A DNA stretch of 33,869 bases from Octopus bimaculoides. Its lineage: Eukaryota. The stretch is from contig NC_068984.1 of assembly GCF_001194135.2 (NCBI RefSeq), positions 143,765,308 through 143,799,176 of the forward strand. Reading direction: 5' to 3'. The notes below the pieces were generated by a model. The model searched no databases. It saw nothing but the letters and a program-made list of their open reading frames with translations, and had not been told where the DNA came from. The translations under genes and the position numbers were made by a program. Positions 1-9,765 of this stretch are shown here, piece by piece. Every line of letters begins with the position of its first letter. Position 1 is the stretch's first letter.

Positions 1-409
1 ATATATATATATATATATATATACATATACTACGTCATACCTGTACACACTGGCTGAAACACACTTTTGCACACTTGTACACGCCCGTAGATATACACGC
101 ACATACAAACATTAGCACAACCATATATAAAATACACAAACATACGCAATTAAATAACATCACTTTCATAAGCTTGCCTTTATGCACATACTTGTGCGAG
201 CGTATGTGCATACACACATATGTCTATTACATATCGCTGCATGTGCAATCGTGAAGGTGTGTATTAGTGTGTGTGTGTTGGGGGAGTGGATGTATGTTTG
301 GGGGGAAGGCTCTATGTGTGTGTGAGGCGTCAGGTTCTTTTGAAGAGTCTACGAAACTTGAAGTTGTGTGTAGCTGATTCAAAGTTTTATTAAATGATAA
401 GTTATATAC

Positions 410-539
410 AGGTGTGGCTGTGTGGTAAGAAGCTTACTTCCCAACCACATGGTCCCGGGTTCAGTCCCACTGATTGGCACCTTGGGCAAGTGTTTTCTAC
501 TATAGCCTCGGGCCGACCAAAGTCTTGTGAGTAGATTTG
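410..539 (+). mobile_element. tRNA-derived SINE family A, 5' part (head plus CORE-like segment), truncated
   Basis: A-box-like TGGCTGTGTGG and B-box-like GGTTCAGTCCC (458-468), then GGCACCTTGGGCAAGTG, which resembles the CORE-SINE domain. The same sequence recurs at 2230-2352, 9190-9320 and 20895-21050. Confidence 0.85.
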
Positions 540-911
540 CAATGGCCAAGTGGTTAGGGCAGCGGACTCGCAGTCGTAGGATCGCAGTTTCGATTCCCAG
601 ACCGGCCGTTGTGAGTGTTTATTAAGCAAAAACACCTAAAGCTCCACGAGTCTCCGGCAGGGGTTGGTGGCAAACACTGCTGTACTCTTTCACCACAACT
701 TTCTCACACTCTTTCTTCCTGTTTCTGTTGTACCAATATTTCAAAGGAGCCAGCCTTGTCACACTCTGTGTCATGCTGAATCTCCCCGAGAACTACATTA
801 AGGGTACACGTGTGTGTGGAGTGCTCAGCCACTTGCACGTTAATTTCACGAGCAGACTGTTCCGATGATCGGATCAACTGGAACACTCGTTGTCGTAACC
901 GTCGGAATGCC
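540..911 (+). mobile_element. tRNA-derived SINE family D, near full length
   Basis: A box TGGCCAAGTGG (543-553) and B box GTTTCGATTCC (587-597). The central segment CCTTGTCAC...GTGGAGTGCTCAGCCACTTGCAC is shared with 13176-13270. Confidence 0.8.
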
Positions 912-1162
912 ATGATATAAATGTGTGTATATATTTTTTTATATATCATTACTAAAAGCGAGTTGTTTTCATATTGCCCGCACTTTACAAAAGTATATCA
1001 TAGCGGGAATTACAGATAAACCACCAAACAGACCGTAACCCCTTCTAGCGTTGGTGCATGAAATTTTGCCACTCGTCAAAGACTGCCTATATATTTTTTC
1101 TATTATTATCCACCCCACCCCCTTGATTGTACAAGACGTTTTGTTTATTTATAACAAGAACA

Positions 1163-1207
1163 ACAATGACATCATCATTATTATCATCATCATCAGCAGC
1201 AGCAGCG

Positions 1208-1241
<34 letters not shown>

Positions 1242-1292
1242 TGTCATCAATTATCATCAAGAACAACAACAACAATAACAATTATAATATCA
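1163..1292. repeat. (ATC)n/(AGC)n/(AAC)n trinucleotide tract
   Basis: Direct reading. It produces the poly-Ile and poly-Asp pseudo-ORFs. Confidence 0.95.
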
Positions 1293-1974
1293 ATTATAAT
1301 TGAAAAATTTATATATATATATATATTCCTTGAATCCATGTTTTATACGATTTCCTCTCTCTCTCTCTCTCTCTCTCGCTTTCTCTCTCACTCCCCATAC
1401 ATATGTGCATGCATATATTTTTGCATATATATATGTGTGCGAGAGAGAGTGTGTGTGTGTGTGTGTGTATGTGTGTGTGTGCGTGTATAAGTGTATATAT
1501 GTGGGTATGTGTATCGATACATAGCATTTACAAATTTTCTCCGAACTCTGTTTTCCTGTGCGCATGCCCAGAAGATGAGTGAAGGTTTTCGAGTAGCTAT
1601 CACAGTTTCTAATGATTACCACCAAAACGGTCGGCTTTCACAACATGACAATTCTCCGGCGTATGGTCTCGATTTCTGTCCCGCCATAAATTAATATATA
1701 TTTCTAAACTTTCATGAGTCAGCGGACGTTATTGGAGTTATTTCCCATGCATGTTCTTATAAGATTTCTAACACCGCTAGATGGAGCTTTTGACTACTGA
1801 TAGTAATAACAAAGCTATCTAGGAACAAGTTTCTCAACATTCTTTCCAATAAGTAATATAATGATAATGAGGTGATGTACCAGTTCGCTGCTGGCACGGA
1901 CACGAAATACGCAAGGAACAATGAACATTGATAGTAAAATAAATATCGGTCGACACATATATATTTATCATTTG

Positions 1975-2352
1975 TTTTGTATTTGTTTCAATCATTAGAC
2001 AGCAGCCATTCAAGAACAGCACCTTGTGGGGCTTTAGTCAAACGAATTGACCCCTGGTACTTAATTTATTAAAGCCTGGTACTTATTCTAACGGTCACCT
2101 TTCCGAACCACAAGTTGTGGGATTTGTCTATCAACAAATCAACATTAATTGTCATGCAGTGGTTGTGGACAAACACAAAGGTAAAAACATACACACATAG
2201 ATATATACTTACTACATGCTGAGCTTCTTTCGGTTTCCATCTGCTAGATACACTCACAGGGCTTTGGTCGACCCGAGGCTATAGTAGAAGACATTTCCCA
2301 CGCAGTAGAACTGAACACGGAACTATGTTGTTGGGAAGCAACACAGCCACTC
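1975..2352 (-). mobile_element. SINE family A, decayed near-full-length copy
   Basis: Colinear with the other family A copies from the 3' tail through the internal microsatellite to the head (ACACAGCCAC at 2341-2350), with small deletions. Confidence 0.8.
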
Positions 2353-3182
2353 GTGTGTGTGTATATATATATGCATATATATGCATATATATANNNNNNN
2401 NNNATATATATATTGTTTGAAATGATTCATTAATAATTGAGGCACATCAATGTGTAAGGCAGCGATAATTGCCTTGATAGAACCACAGAGATCAGACAGT
2501 AAAATAATCCGTCTGCGTAGGCATCAATTATACGAACTGGAGACTGTTGTTAGGTAATTTTCAAAGTCAGTTATTCACAAATGATTCAATACGCTGTGAG
2601 CTTTTGGTACGTCGTAAGTATAACATCGTAGTCTAATACACGCGTGTGTTTCTATATTCACTAAACTTCATTTCGTGCATAGACACAAGAAAATACATCC
2701 AAGAGGGGTGATATTCGATTAAAGCCACTCCACCACACTCGCACACGCACGCGCGAGCGCATACACACAAACACACCGCTCAGACACACATGCATATATC
2801 CAAACATACATGATAGGTTCCGTAGTGAAATTCAACTGCTCTCTGAACAACAATGTGGTTGAAGAACACAAGAGAAAGAGGATATCTGCGGACCATTGAC
2901 AAGGAGTTTGCAAATCCAGCACCCAAGATACACTTTCAGCTTCGTACCTAACATTATTGGACCAAAAGACGCGTACCTGCCCGTCTGGAGCAAAGTAGAG
3001 AGACTGCCAATCCTTAATTCATACGTTACAAATAATCGTGATATCTAGGATTATAAAAACCTGCAAAAACTTCTAAAGACTTCAAACGTGAAGCTTTTCC
3101 TTCACAAGTCTGCTTCTAAGTCGGTGGGCAGTCAAACTTTTTACTCTAAATTAAAAAGAGAAACATGACATGCATACATAGC

Positions 3183-3520
3183 AAAACGCGTGTCACTAAA
3201 GAATATTACAGCCGAATAAAGAAAATTTGACCCTCAAAACTCACTGCGTTCAATAAAACAGTGACCCACAATGTGTTTGCAGTGCCCAGTGCTCATACCA
3301 ATATTTGGCCTACTTGATTGAACGCTTGATGAGATCCGAACTATTGGTGTGAAAACCCGAAAAATACTAACAAGCACACGTAATTTCCACACAAACTGTG
3401 ACGTAGACCTCATTTATCTAAAACGAAAACAAAGAGGAAGTGACTTAACATCGATCCAAAATGCCTCTGAATGTCGCATCATATCCTTTCAGCAACATCT
3501 TTTAACCACCAAGTGTCAAG
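3183..3520 (+). pseudogene. R4/Dong-clade non-LTR retrotransposon fragment, region just after the RT domain
   Basis: With one frameshift and stops it reads KTRVTKEYYSRIKKI*PSKLTAFNKTVTHNVFAVP/VLIPIFGLLD*TLDEIRTIGVKTRKILTSTRNFHTNCDVDLIYLKRKQRGSDL. This fits the R4-type pattern KEY..R.RKI...L...NK...N.FA.PVL...FG...W...E...ID.KTRK.LT...H...D.DRLY..R..GGRGL. Confidence 0.85.
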
Positions 3521-3826
3521 TCATATACGTTATTATTATTGGAAAAAATTCAGTCTTACAGATATTTCTGGGATATCCCAGAGTATGGGATATTCCGTCA
3601 CCTTTCTCAAATTCCCTATTTGTCTCTGATCTCTGATGGCGGAATATCCCATTCTCTGGGATATCCTAGAAACAGCTGTAAGACTTTGAATTTTTTCCAA
3701 TAATAATAATGTATATGGCTTGAGATGTTTGCTTTGCCTTAATGTTTGCTGTCCTATTTAACAATTATACATCCGCTGCATCAAAGATCTGCAATGGCTC
3801 CATAACTACCGTCTCGGCTATAACCT
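3516..3826 (+). mobile_element. Penelope-like non-autonomous terminal-repeat fragment with inverted arm (family H1)
   Basis: 3516-3600 is the reverse complement of 3636-3722, and the unit carries an HHR motif. The same family occurs at 6408-6686. Confidence 0.7.
3630..3683 (+). ncRNA. Minimal type I hammerhead ribozyme motif, A9-to-G variant
   Basis: TCT-CTGATGG-C-GGAATATCCC-loop-GGGATATCC-TA-GAAAC-AGCT-GTA-AGA. Stem I is TCT/AGA, stem III is the palindrome ACAGCTGT, and the cleavage triplet is GUA. Confidence 0.65.
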
Positions 3827-3959
3827 AAGAGAACTTGTAATCCGTCACAGCACTTATCTAGCGAACCTAGTCGTTTAGATCACCTGTGAGCTAAACCGCC
3901 ATATTTTATATATATTTTTTTTTCTCTCCTTGTTTCTCTACTTGTTTCCTTCTGTTTTC

Positions 3960-3995
3960 CTTTCTGTTGAAGAGAGTAGGCTCGAAACGTTAAAG
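3960..3995 (+). ncRNA. Hammerhead-like motif with altered core (CUGUUGA)
   Basis: CTTT-CTGTTGA-A-GAG-AGTAGG-CTC-GAAAC-GTT-AAAG. All three stems can be placed, but core A6 is U. Confidence 0.5.
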
Positions 3996-4082
3996 ACTTT
4001 CTCTATTCAAGAAGCGTTATACTAATACATCCATTTATTGTTAACACCACCTGTCATCGTCTGTTGTTTTTTCGTGAATTCT

Positions 4083-4207
<125 letters not shown>

Positions 4208-4237
4208 AGATCAGCATTTAATAAAATTCTGTCTTTG

Positions 4238-4323
4238 TGCGGCTGAGGATTGCTCTTCACTTAAATTGATGTAATGGTTGCATTGTTCAATTAAATGGAG
4301 TTGCGTGAAACGATCGTACTGCA
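4238..4323 (+). ncRNA. Type I hammerhead ribozyme motif, complete core, long stem II
   Basis: TGCGG-CTGAGGA-(57-nt imperfect hairpin)-GAAAC-GATC-GTA-CTGCA. Stem I has 5 bp, stem III is the palindrome ACGATCGT, and the triplet is GUA. Confidence 0.75.
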
Positions 4324-4354
4324 TTACCTCTGGATATCCTTGTTGCTTATTTTG

Positions 4355-4388
<34 letters not shown>

Positions 4389-4516
4389 ATACATATGTAG
4401 ACATACACATATATATACATATATACGTATATATATATAATACAAAGAATATATATACATGTATACACACATATATGTACATACTTACATCTACATGTGT
4501 ATATACATGCATATCA

Positions 4517-4640
4517 GGGTACAGGACGTTAGAACAATAAACTACAGACAACGGAACGAACACATAGGAAAACGGAAAGCCACTTGGAATATTCCTTCAT
4601 CAGCTGTCTCTATTCTAACCTGACGTTTCGAAGATAAAAC
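4517..4640 (+). mobile_element. Unclassified interspersed repeat with GGTACAGGACGT start and CTTCATCAG motif
   Basis: It shares GGTACAGGACGT...AAACAA...CTTCATCAG...TTTCGA with 15713-15850. Confidence 0.5.
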
Positions 4641-4981
4641 AGAACGTACTCTAGAATAGTCTCTTCCTGAGTAGTGGATCAACCCACTACACAGAGGATT
4701 CCAAGGTGGCAAACACAAACCAAGACAGGAAAAAATGGACAGTGAAAACAACATTCAAAAGCCGTACGGCCAAACGCAAATCTGAGGTAGAACACTAGTA
4801 GTTCGTCTTGCCTTCACAGCGGCTGGAGTGAAAAGAAAGTTGACCACAGGTCACACGAGAGCAGAGAGGATGGTGGAGGGAGGAAGTGGAACAAGGAGGA
4901 AGGGACAGAAGCAGTGAAGTAGAGGCCAGGACAGAGGGGTAGATAGGAAGATAGAGGAAGACAGATAGATAAATAGATAGA

Positions 4982-5043
<62 letters not shown>

Positions 5044-5080
5044 GCGTGTGTGTGTGCTTGAGTATGTGTATGTCTCACGG

Positions 5081-5146
5081 CGTGAGACTTAACCCGGGGC
5101 CATGTGTTTGGGAAGTAATTTCCTTGTCCCACATCCACACCTCCGC
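5081..5146 (-). mobile_element. SINE family A head fragment, decayed
   Basis: GACTTAACCCGGGGCCATGTGTTTGGGAAG...CCACACCTCCGC matches the reverse complement of the family A head. Confidence 0.6.
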
Positions 5147-5526
5147 TATACAACCACCATACGATTCCTTGTATAACATGCATCCCGATATTGGGGCCAA
5201 AATACCTTTTAAAAGCCCCCTAATACCCTGTATATCAACCGTAATCCAACAATATAATTAGTTGTCATCACTTCATTATACGCATAAAAATTTATTTTTA
5301 AAAGAATAATGTTAAAAATTAATTAAAATTTTATTACGTTAATGTTATAATTTTTACACTTTGTATCGCACACACCTGTAATTTGAATCTCCATTTTAAT
5401 GAAACAAACTACACTTTAAACACGAAGTTTTAAAGTGCAAATGTGTGCCCACATATATGTGTGTATATGTGTGTGCGTTACACACACACACACATATATT
5501 CTTTTATTGTTTTAATCTTTTATATA

Positions 5527-5810
5527 TTTTTTTTACTTGTTTCAGACTGTTGACCGCAGTCATGCTGGCGCACCGCCTTTAGTCGAAGGGATCGACCCCA
5601 GGACTTATTCTTTGTAAGCCTAGTACTTATTCTATCATTCTCTTTTGCCGAAATGACAGGTTACCGGGACGTAAACATACCAAAATCAGGTGTCAAGCAA
5701 TAGTGGGGGACAAACACAGATACACAAATATATACAAAGTACCACACAGTGGGACTGTACCCGGAACCATGTGGTTGGGAAGCAATCTTCTCACCACACA
5801 GCCACGCCTG
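5527..5810 (-). mobile_element. SINE family A with internal deletion
   Basis: The 3' tail, body and head are present. The segment between the internal microsatellite and the CORE-like part is missing (junction TATATAC|AAAGTACCAC). Confidence 0.9.
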
Positions 5811-5865
5811 TATATATGCATGTATATGTGTGTGTGTGTGTGTGCGTGTGTGTGCGTGTGTTTGT

Positions 5866-6066
5866 GTGTCTGTGTTTCTTCTCAACATCGCTTGACAACT
5901 GATGCTGGTGTGTTTACGTCCCCGTAACTTAGCAGTTCGGCAAAAGAACCGATAGAATAAGTACTAGGCTTACAAAGTAAAAGTCCTGGGGTCGATTTGC
6001 TTGACTAAAGGCGGTGCTCTAGCATGGCCACAGTCAAATGACTGAAAGAAGTAAAAGAGTAAAAGA

Positions 6067-6068
<2 letters not shown>
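5866..6068 (+). mobile_element. SINE family A, 3' half
   Basis: CGCTTGACAACTGATGCTGG...GGCGGTGCTCTAGCATGGCC...GTAAAAGAGTAAAAGAG tail. Confidence 0.9.
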
Positions 6069-6130
<62 letters not shown>

Positions 6131-6258
6131 GTATATATATATATATGTGTATATATATATACAAGCATACATACATACATACATACATACATACATACAT
6201 ACATACACAAAACATGGGGGTTTAGTTCACATGTGATCCAAATGTCTACGTACGCTGG

Positions 6259-6390
6259 GTAAGCCTAGTACTTATTCTACCGGTCTCTTTTCCCGAATCG
6301 CCAGATTACAGGAACGTAAACATACCAAAGTCGGTTGTCAAGCAATGGTGGGGGACAAACACAGATACATAAATATATACAAAGTGCCAC
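6259..6390 (-). mobile_element. SINE family A fragment with the same deletion junction as 5527-5810
   Basis: AAATATATAC|AAAGTGCCAC at 6371-6390. Confidence 0.85.
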
Positions 6391-6407
6391 GGATTATCTG
6401 TGCATCA

Positions 6408-6686
6408 AGGTCATAACCGAGATGGGAGTTATGGAAGACTTCCGATATAGCAGATATATAATTGTGAAATAGGACAACAAACGCTAAGACAAGACAAACA
6501 TCTCAAGTAATATACGTAATTATTATTAGAAAAATACCCTTCACCATTGTCTCCGATGACGGAATATCCCATATTTTGGGATATCCCAGAACCAGCTGTC
6601 AGACTTTAAATTTTTCTAATAATAATAACATATATGACTTGAAATGTTAGTCTTGCCTTAGCATTTGTTGTCCTATTTAACAATTA
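6408..6686 (+). mobile_element. Second family H1 Penelope-like fragment with inverted arm
   Basis: 6408-6535 is the reverse complement of the H1 body (matching 6610-6686 and 3690-3826). An HHR motif lies at 6549-6604. Confidence 0.7.
6549..6604 (+). ncRNA. Minimal type I hammerhead motif, mutated core
   Basis: GTCT-CCGATGA-C-GGAATATCCC-loop-GGGATATCC-CA-GAACC-AGCT-GTC-AGAC. Stem I is GTCT/AGAC and the triplet is GUC; U4 is C and GAAA is GAAC. Confidence 0.6.
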
Positions 6687-6705
6687 CGTATATATACATA
6701 TATGT

Positions 6706-6721
6706 TTGTATGTATGTATGA

Positions 6722-6810
<89 letters not shown>
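6706..6810. repeat. Compound (GTAT)n/(CTAT)n/(CTGT)n microsatellite
   Basis: Direct reading. Confidence 0.95.
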
Positions 6811-6812
<2 letters not shown>

Positions 6813-7276
6813 AGTCTAGCTAACTTTCTATCTATCGATGTGGTGGTCTGCTTGTCTGTTTGTCAGTATGTATGTATGTCATTATTCACTTTATTTCAAA
6901 ATGTCTTGCCAATGGAGAAAGAACCGGTTTCTAACCCAGATCCGAGGTTCCTTTATTGTAATTTCAACATCAACAACAGGGTATTTTTGTTTGTATGTGT
7001 GTATGTATGTATGTATGTATGTATGTATGTATGCATGTGTGTGTGTGTGTCTGTTTTATGTACGTATTCTCATGCAAAGAGTTACATATCTAGACATGCT
7101 CTTATATATTTAGATGATAAACTTCTGGAAATGTTTACAGATTTTCACAGTCCCAGTGATAGATTGGATGTGTACTTTCGAATTAGCTTTCATCTTTCTG
7201 CTTTTGAGAAGCATAATTTCTCAAGATTGGTATTTAGGCAGTATGTTACATATCTCAGAGCCTCAATAATTCCAGG

Positions 7277-7308
<32 letters not shown>

Positions 7309-7896
7309 TGTATGTATGTATGTATGTATAATGTAAGGTAATGGATTCTCTCGTCGCTTCCACGAATGAGGGATCAGACAGACAGCTACGTCGATGAGCA
7401 ACGACCATCAACTGACGTCGGCCCGTGTGATGGGTCACAGCTGAAAACTTCCAGTAGCATTCTCTTCCTGTCATCATCGCCTCTTTCTCTAAAGCCACTG
7501 GAGTTATGAAGACAGCCTGAATGGTGTTTGATGCTGGTGTCTAGCTCTGCTAAACCAGCTTCATAATGAAAATAATTAAAGAGGGCGTGGCTCGCAGTGT
7601 AAGCCCTATACTCTCTTCCTTCAAAATTGGATTGCTCCGGTACCACGAGATTATGATGATGCCGCATTTATTTGGGATTACCTGCTCTTCTATGAATTGT
7701 TCAAATAACGACAGTAAACAAATTAGATCTTTCGACGACCTCATTACGATCATTTCAATGAACTTCCTAAATTCTTTTGCAAAACCATCTCGTCAGATAA
7801 AGTTTTCCCAAAATATTATGCCATGCCTTATATCACATAGTAAATTATATATACTATGTATATACGTATATACTGTATAGACATATATATACATAC

Positions 7897-7967
<71 letters not shown>

Positions 7968-7997
7968 GTGTATATATGTATATGTTTATATATATAC

Positions 7998-8176
7998 AAT
8001 TATAAATAAGGGCAAAAGAAAAAAAATTCTATGCCAATATGCTGAGAAATAGACTTTTAAATCGTCAATCACAACATACAATATACATCCCTATTGTATG
8101 TGGTGACTGACGATTTAAAAGTTTATCTCTCAGCATATTGGCATAGAAATTTTTTCGTTTGCTCTTTTTCATAATT
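7998..8176. repeat. Long inverted repeat (fold-back hairpin)
   Basis: 8027-8083 and 8092-8148 are reverse complements with 4 differences in 57 nt and an 8-nt loop. The arms extend more loosely to 7998 and 8176. Confidence 0.9.
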
Positions 8177-8417
8177 CTTTACAATTTTGACCTTTAAAGG
8201 TATTTGAATATGCTGGCCACTTGATGAAATTTTTTTTTTTATTCTATCCTACATTAGAATGTTTATATATACATATATTTATGAAAAAAATATATATATA
8301 TCATATATTATATTATATTATATTATATATATATATATATATATAGATATATATTCTTTTACATTATTTACATTATTTACAATTGACGGATGTTTGTCCT
8401 CATCTTGTTTGTTGATA

Positions 8418-8461
8418 ACACAACGTTTCGGCTGATTTATCTTCCAGGCTTCACCAGGTGC
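8418..8461 (-). ncRNA. Mirror hammerhead copy in the left arm, core CUGGUGA
   Basis: The minus strand reads GCAC-CTGGTGA-AGCCTGG...CAGCC-GAAAC-GTT-GTGT, with A6 changed to G. Confidence 0.55.
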
Positions 8462-8517
8462 CTTGAGGAAATTTCGAACCTGGGTTCTCATTCCTAAGGT
8501 ATTTTTCAATGTTGTCG

Positions 8518-8560
<43 letters not shown>

Positions 8561-8588
8561 AATAATAATATTGTTATTATTGTTGTTG

Positions 8589-8624
<36 letters not shown>

Positions 8625-8882
8625 GTCACTGCTTGGAATTGAACTCGGAATCTTGGAATTAGTAGCCCACACTCTTAACCCCAAGAGTGTGGGCTACTAA
8701 TACCAACATTCCGAGTTCGATTCCAAGCAGTGAATGATAATAATAATAATAATGATAATAATAATAATAATAATAATAATAATTATAATAATAACAGTAA
8801 TAAAAATAATAATACAACAACAACAACAACAACATCGCAAAATACTTTAGGACTGAGAACCCAGGTTCGAAATTTCCCCCAA

Positions 8883-8928
8883 GACACCTGATGAAGGCTG
8901 GAGGGCATATCAGTCGAAACGTTGTGTT
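8883..8928 (+). ncRNA. Minimal type I hammerhead ribozyme motif, complete core
   Basis: GACAC-CTGATGA-A-GGCTG-loop-CAGTC-GAAAC-GTT-GTGTT. Stem I is ACAC/GTGT, stem II is GGCTG/CAGTC, stem III is the loopless palindrome AACGTT, and the triplet is GUU. Confidence 0.75.
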
Positions 8929-9020
8929 AACAACAAACAAGATGAGGACAAATATCCGTCAAATGTAAATAATGTAAATAATGTACGTAATTCCTTATCT
9001 CTTAAATATAGAACTGTATA

Positions 9021-9320
9021 TTCTTTTACTTCTTTCAGCCATTTGACTGCGGCCATGCTGGAGCATCACCTTTAGTCGAATAAATCAACCCCAGGACTTA
9101 TTCTTTGTGAGCCTAGTACATATTGTATCACTCTCTTTTGCCGAACCGCCATGTCAGACATAGACGCACAAATATATATATATACACGACGGGTTTCTTT
9201 CAGTTTCCGTCTACCAAATCCTTTCACAAGGCTTTGGTCGGCCCAAGGCTATAGTAGAAGACACTTACCGAAGGTGCCCTGCAGTGGGGGACTACTTACC
9301 ACACAGCCACGCCTGTGCCT
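9021..9320 (-). mobile_element. SINE family A, near full length with two deletions
   Basis: The tail, body, CORE-like segment and head end (ACACAGCCACGCCTGTGCCT) are colinear. Confidence 0.9.
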
Positions 9321-9714
9321 ATATATATATATACTTATATATATATATATATACGGTATATATATGTATATAATATATATAGACAGATATATATTTATAT
9401 ATATATATATATATATATATANNNNNNNNNNNNNNNNNNNNNNNNNNNNNNNNNNNNNNNNNNNNNNNNNNNNNNNNNNNNNNNNNNNNNNNNNNNNNNN
9501 NNNNNNNNNATATATATAATAGTAGGGATAACTATCCAAATTTACAAGTAGAAACTCAATTTAAATCAGTTTATCAAAAATTAAAATTAAATTAAGTATA
9601 TAATATATATATATATAATTCAGAGAAAAGAACCACAGTTCTTGAACTCATCCATGAAAAGCCACAGTCACATATAGAAAAATTTAATAAGTTGACAGAC
9701 AGACAGACAGATAC

Positions 9715-9765
<51 letters not shown>

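Larger units (their letters stand above)
8360..9018. mobile_element. Head-to-head palindrome of a tRNA-headed, HHR-containing SINE/Penelope-like unit
   Basis: 8360-8676 is the reverse complement of 8683-8985. Each arm has a tRNA-like head with B box (GTTCGATTCC at 8715-8724), an (AAT)n tract, an HHR and a GTAAATAAT-repeat end. Confidence 0.8.

Noticed and set aside
543-606. tRNA gene-like segments in SINE heads (also 410-470, 8683-8733, 22340-22409, 25917-26000)
   Set aside because: They have A/B boxes but no complete cloverleaf or acceptor stem, and they continue into repeat bodies.
1522-1694. ORF-like stretch with NRF1-like TGCGCATGCCCA and partial YY1-like CCGCCAT motifs
   Set aside because: The motifs are imperfect and the peptide is unrecognisable; this is insufficient for a promoter or exon call.
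7340-7800. High-complexity block with overlapping 67-104 aa ORFs and a minus-strand CTGACGA
   Set aside because: I recognise no protein motif in any frame and no consistent splice sites, and the CTGACGA has no valid stem II or GAAA partner.
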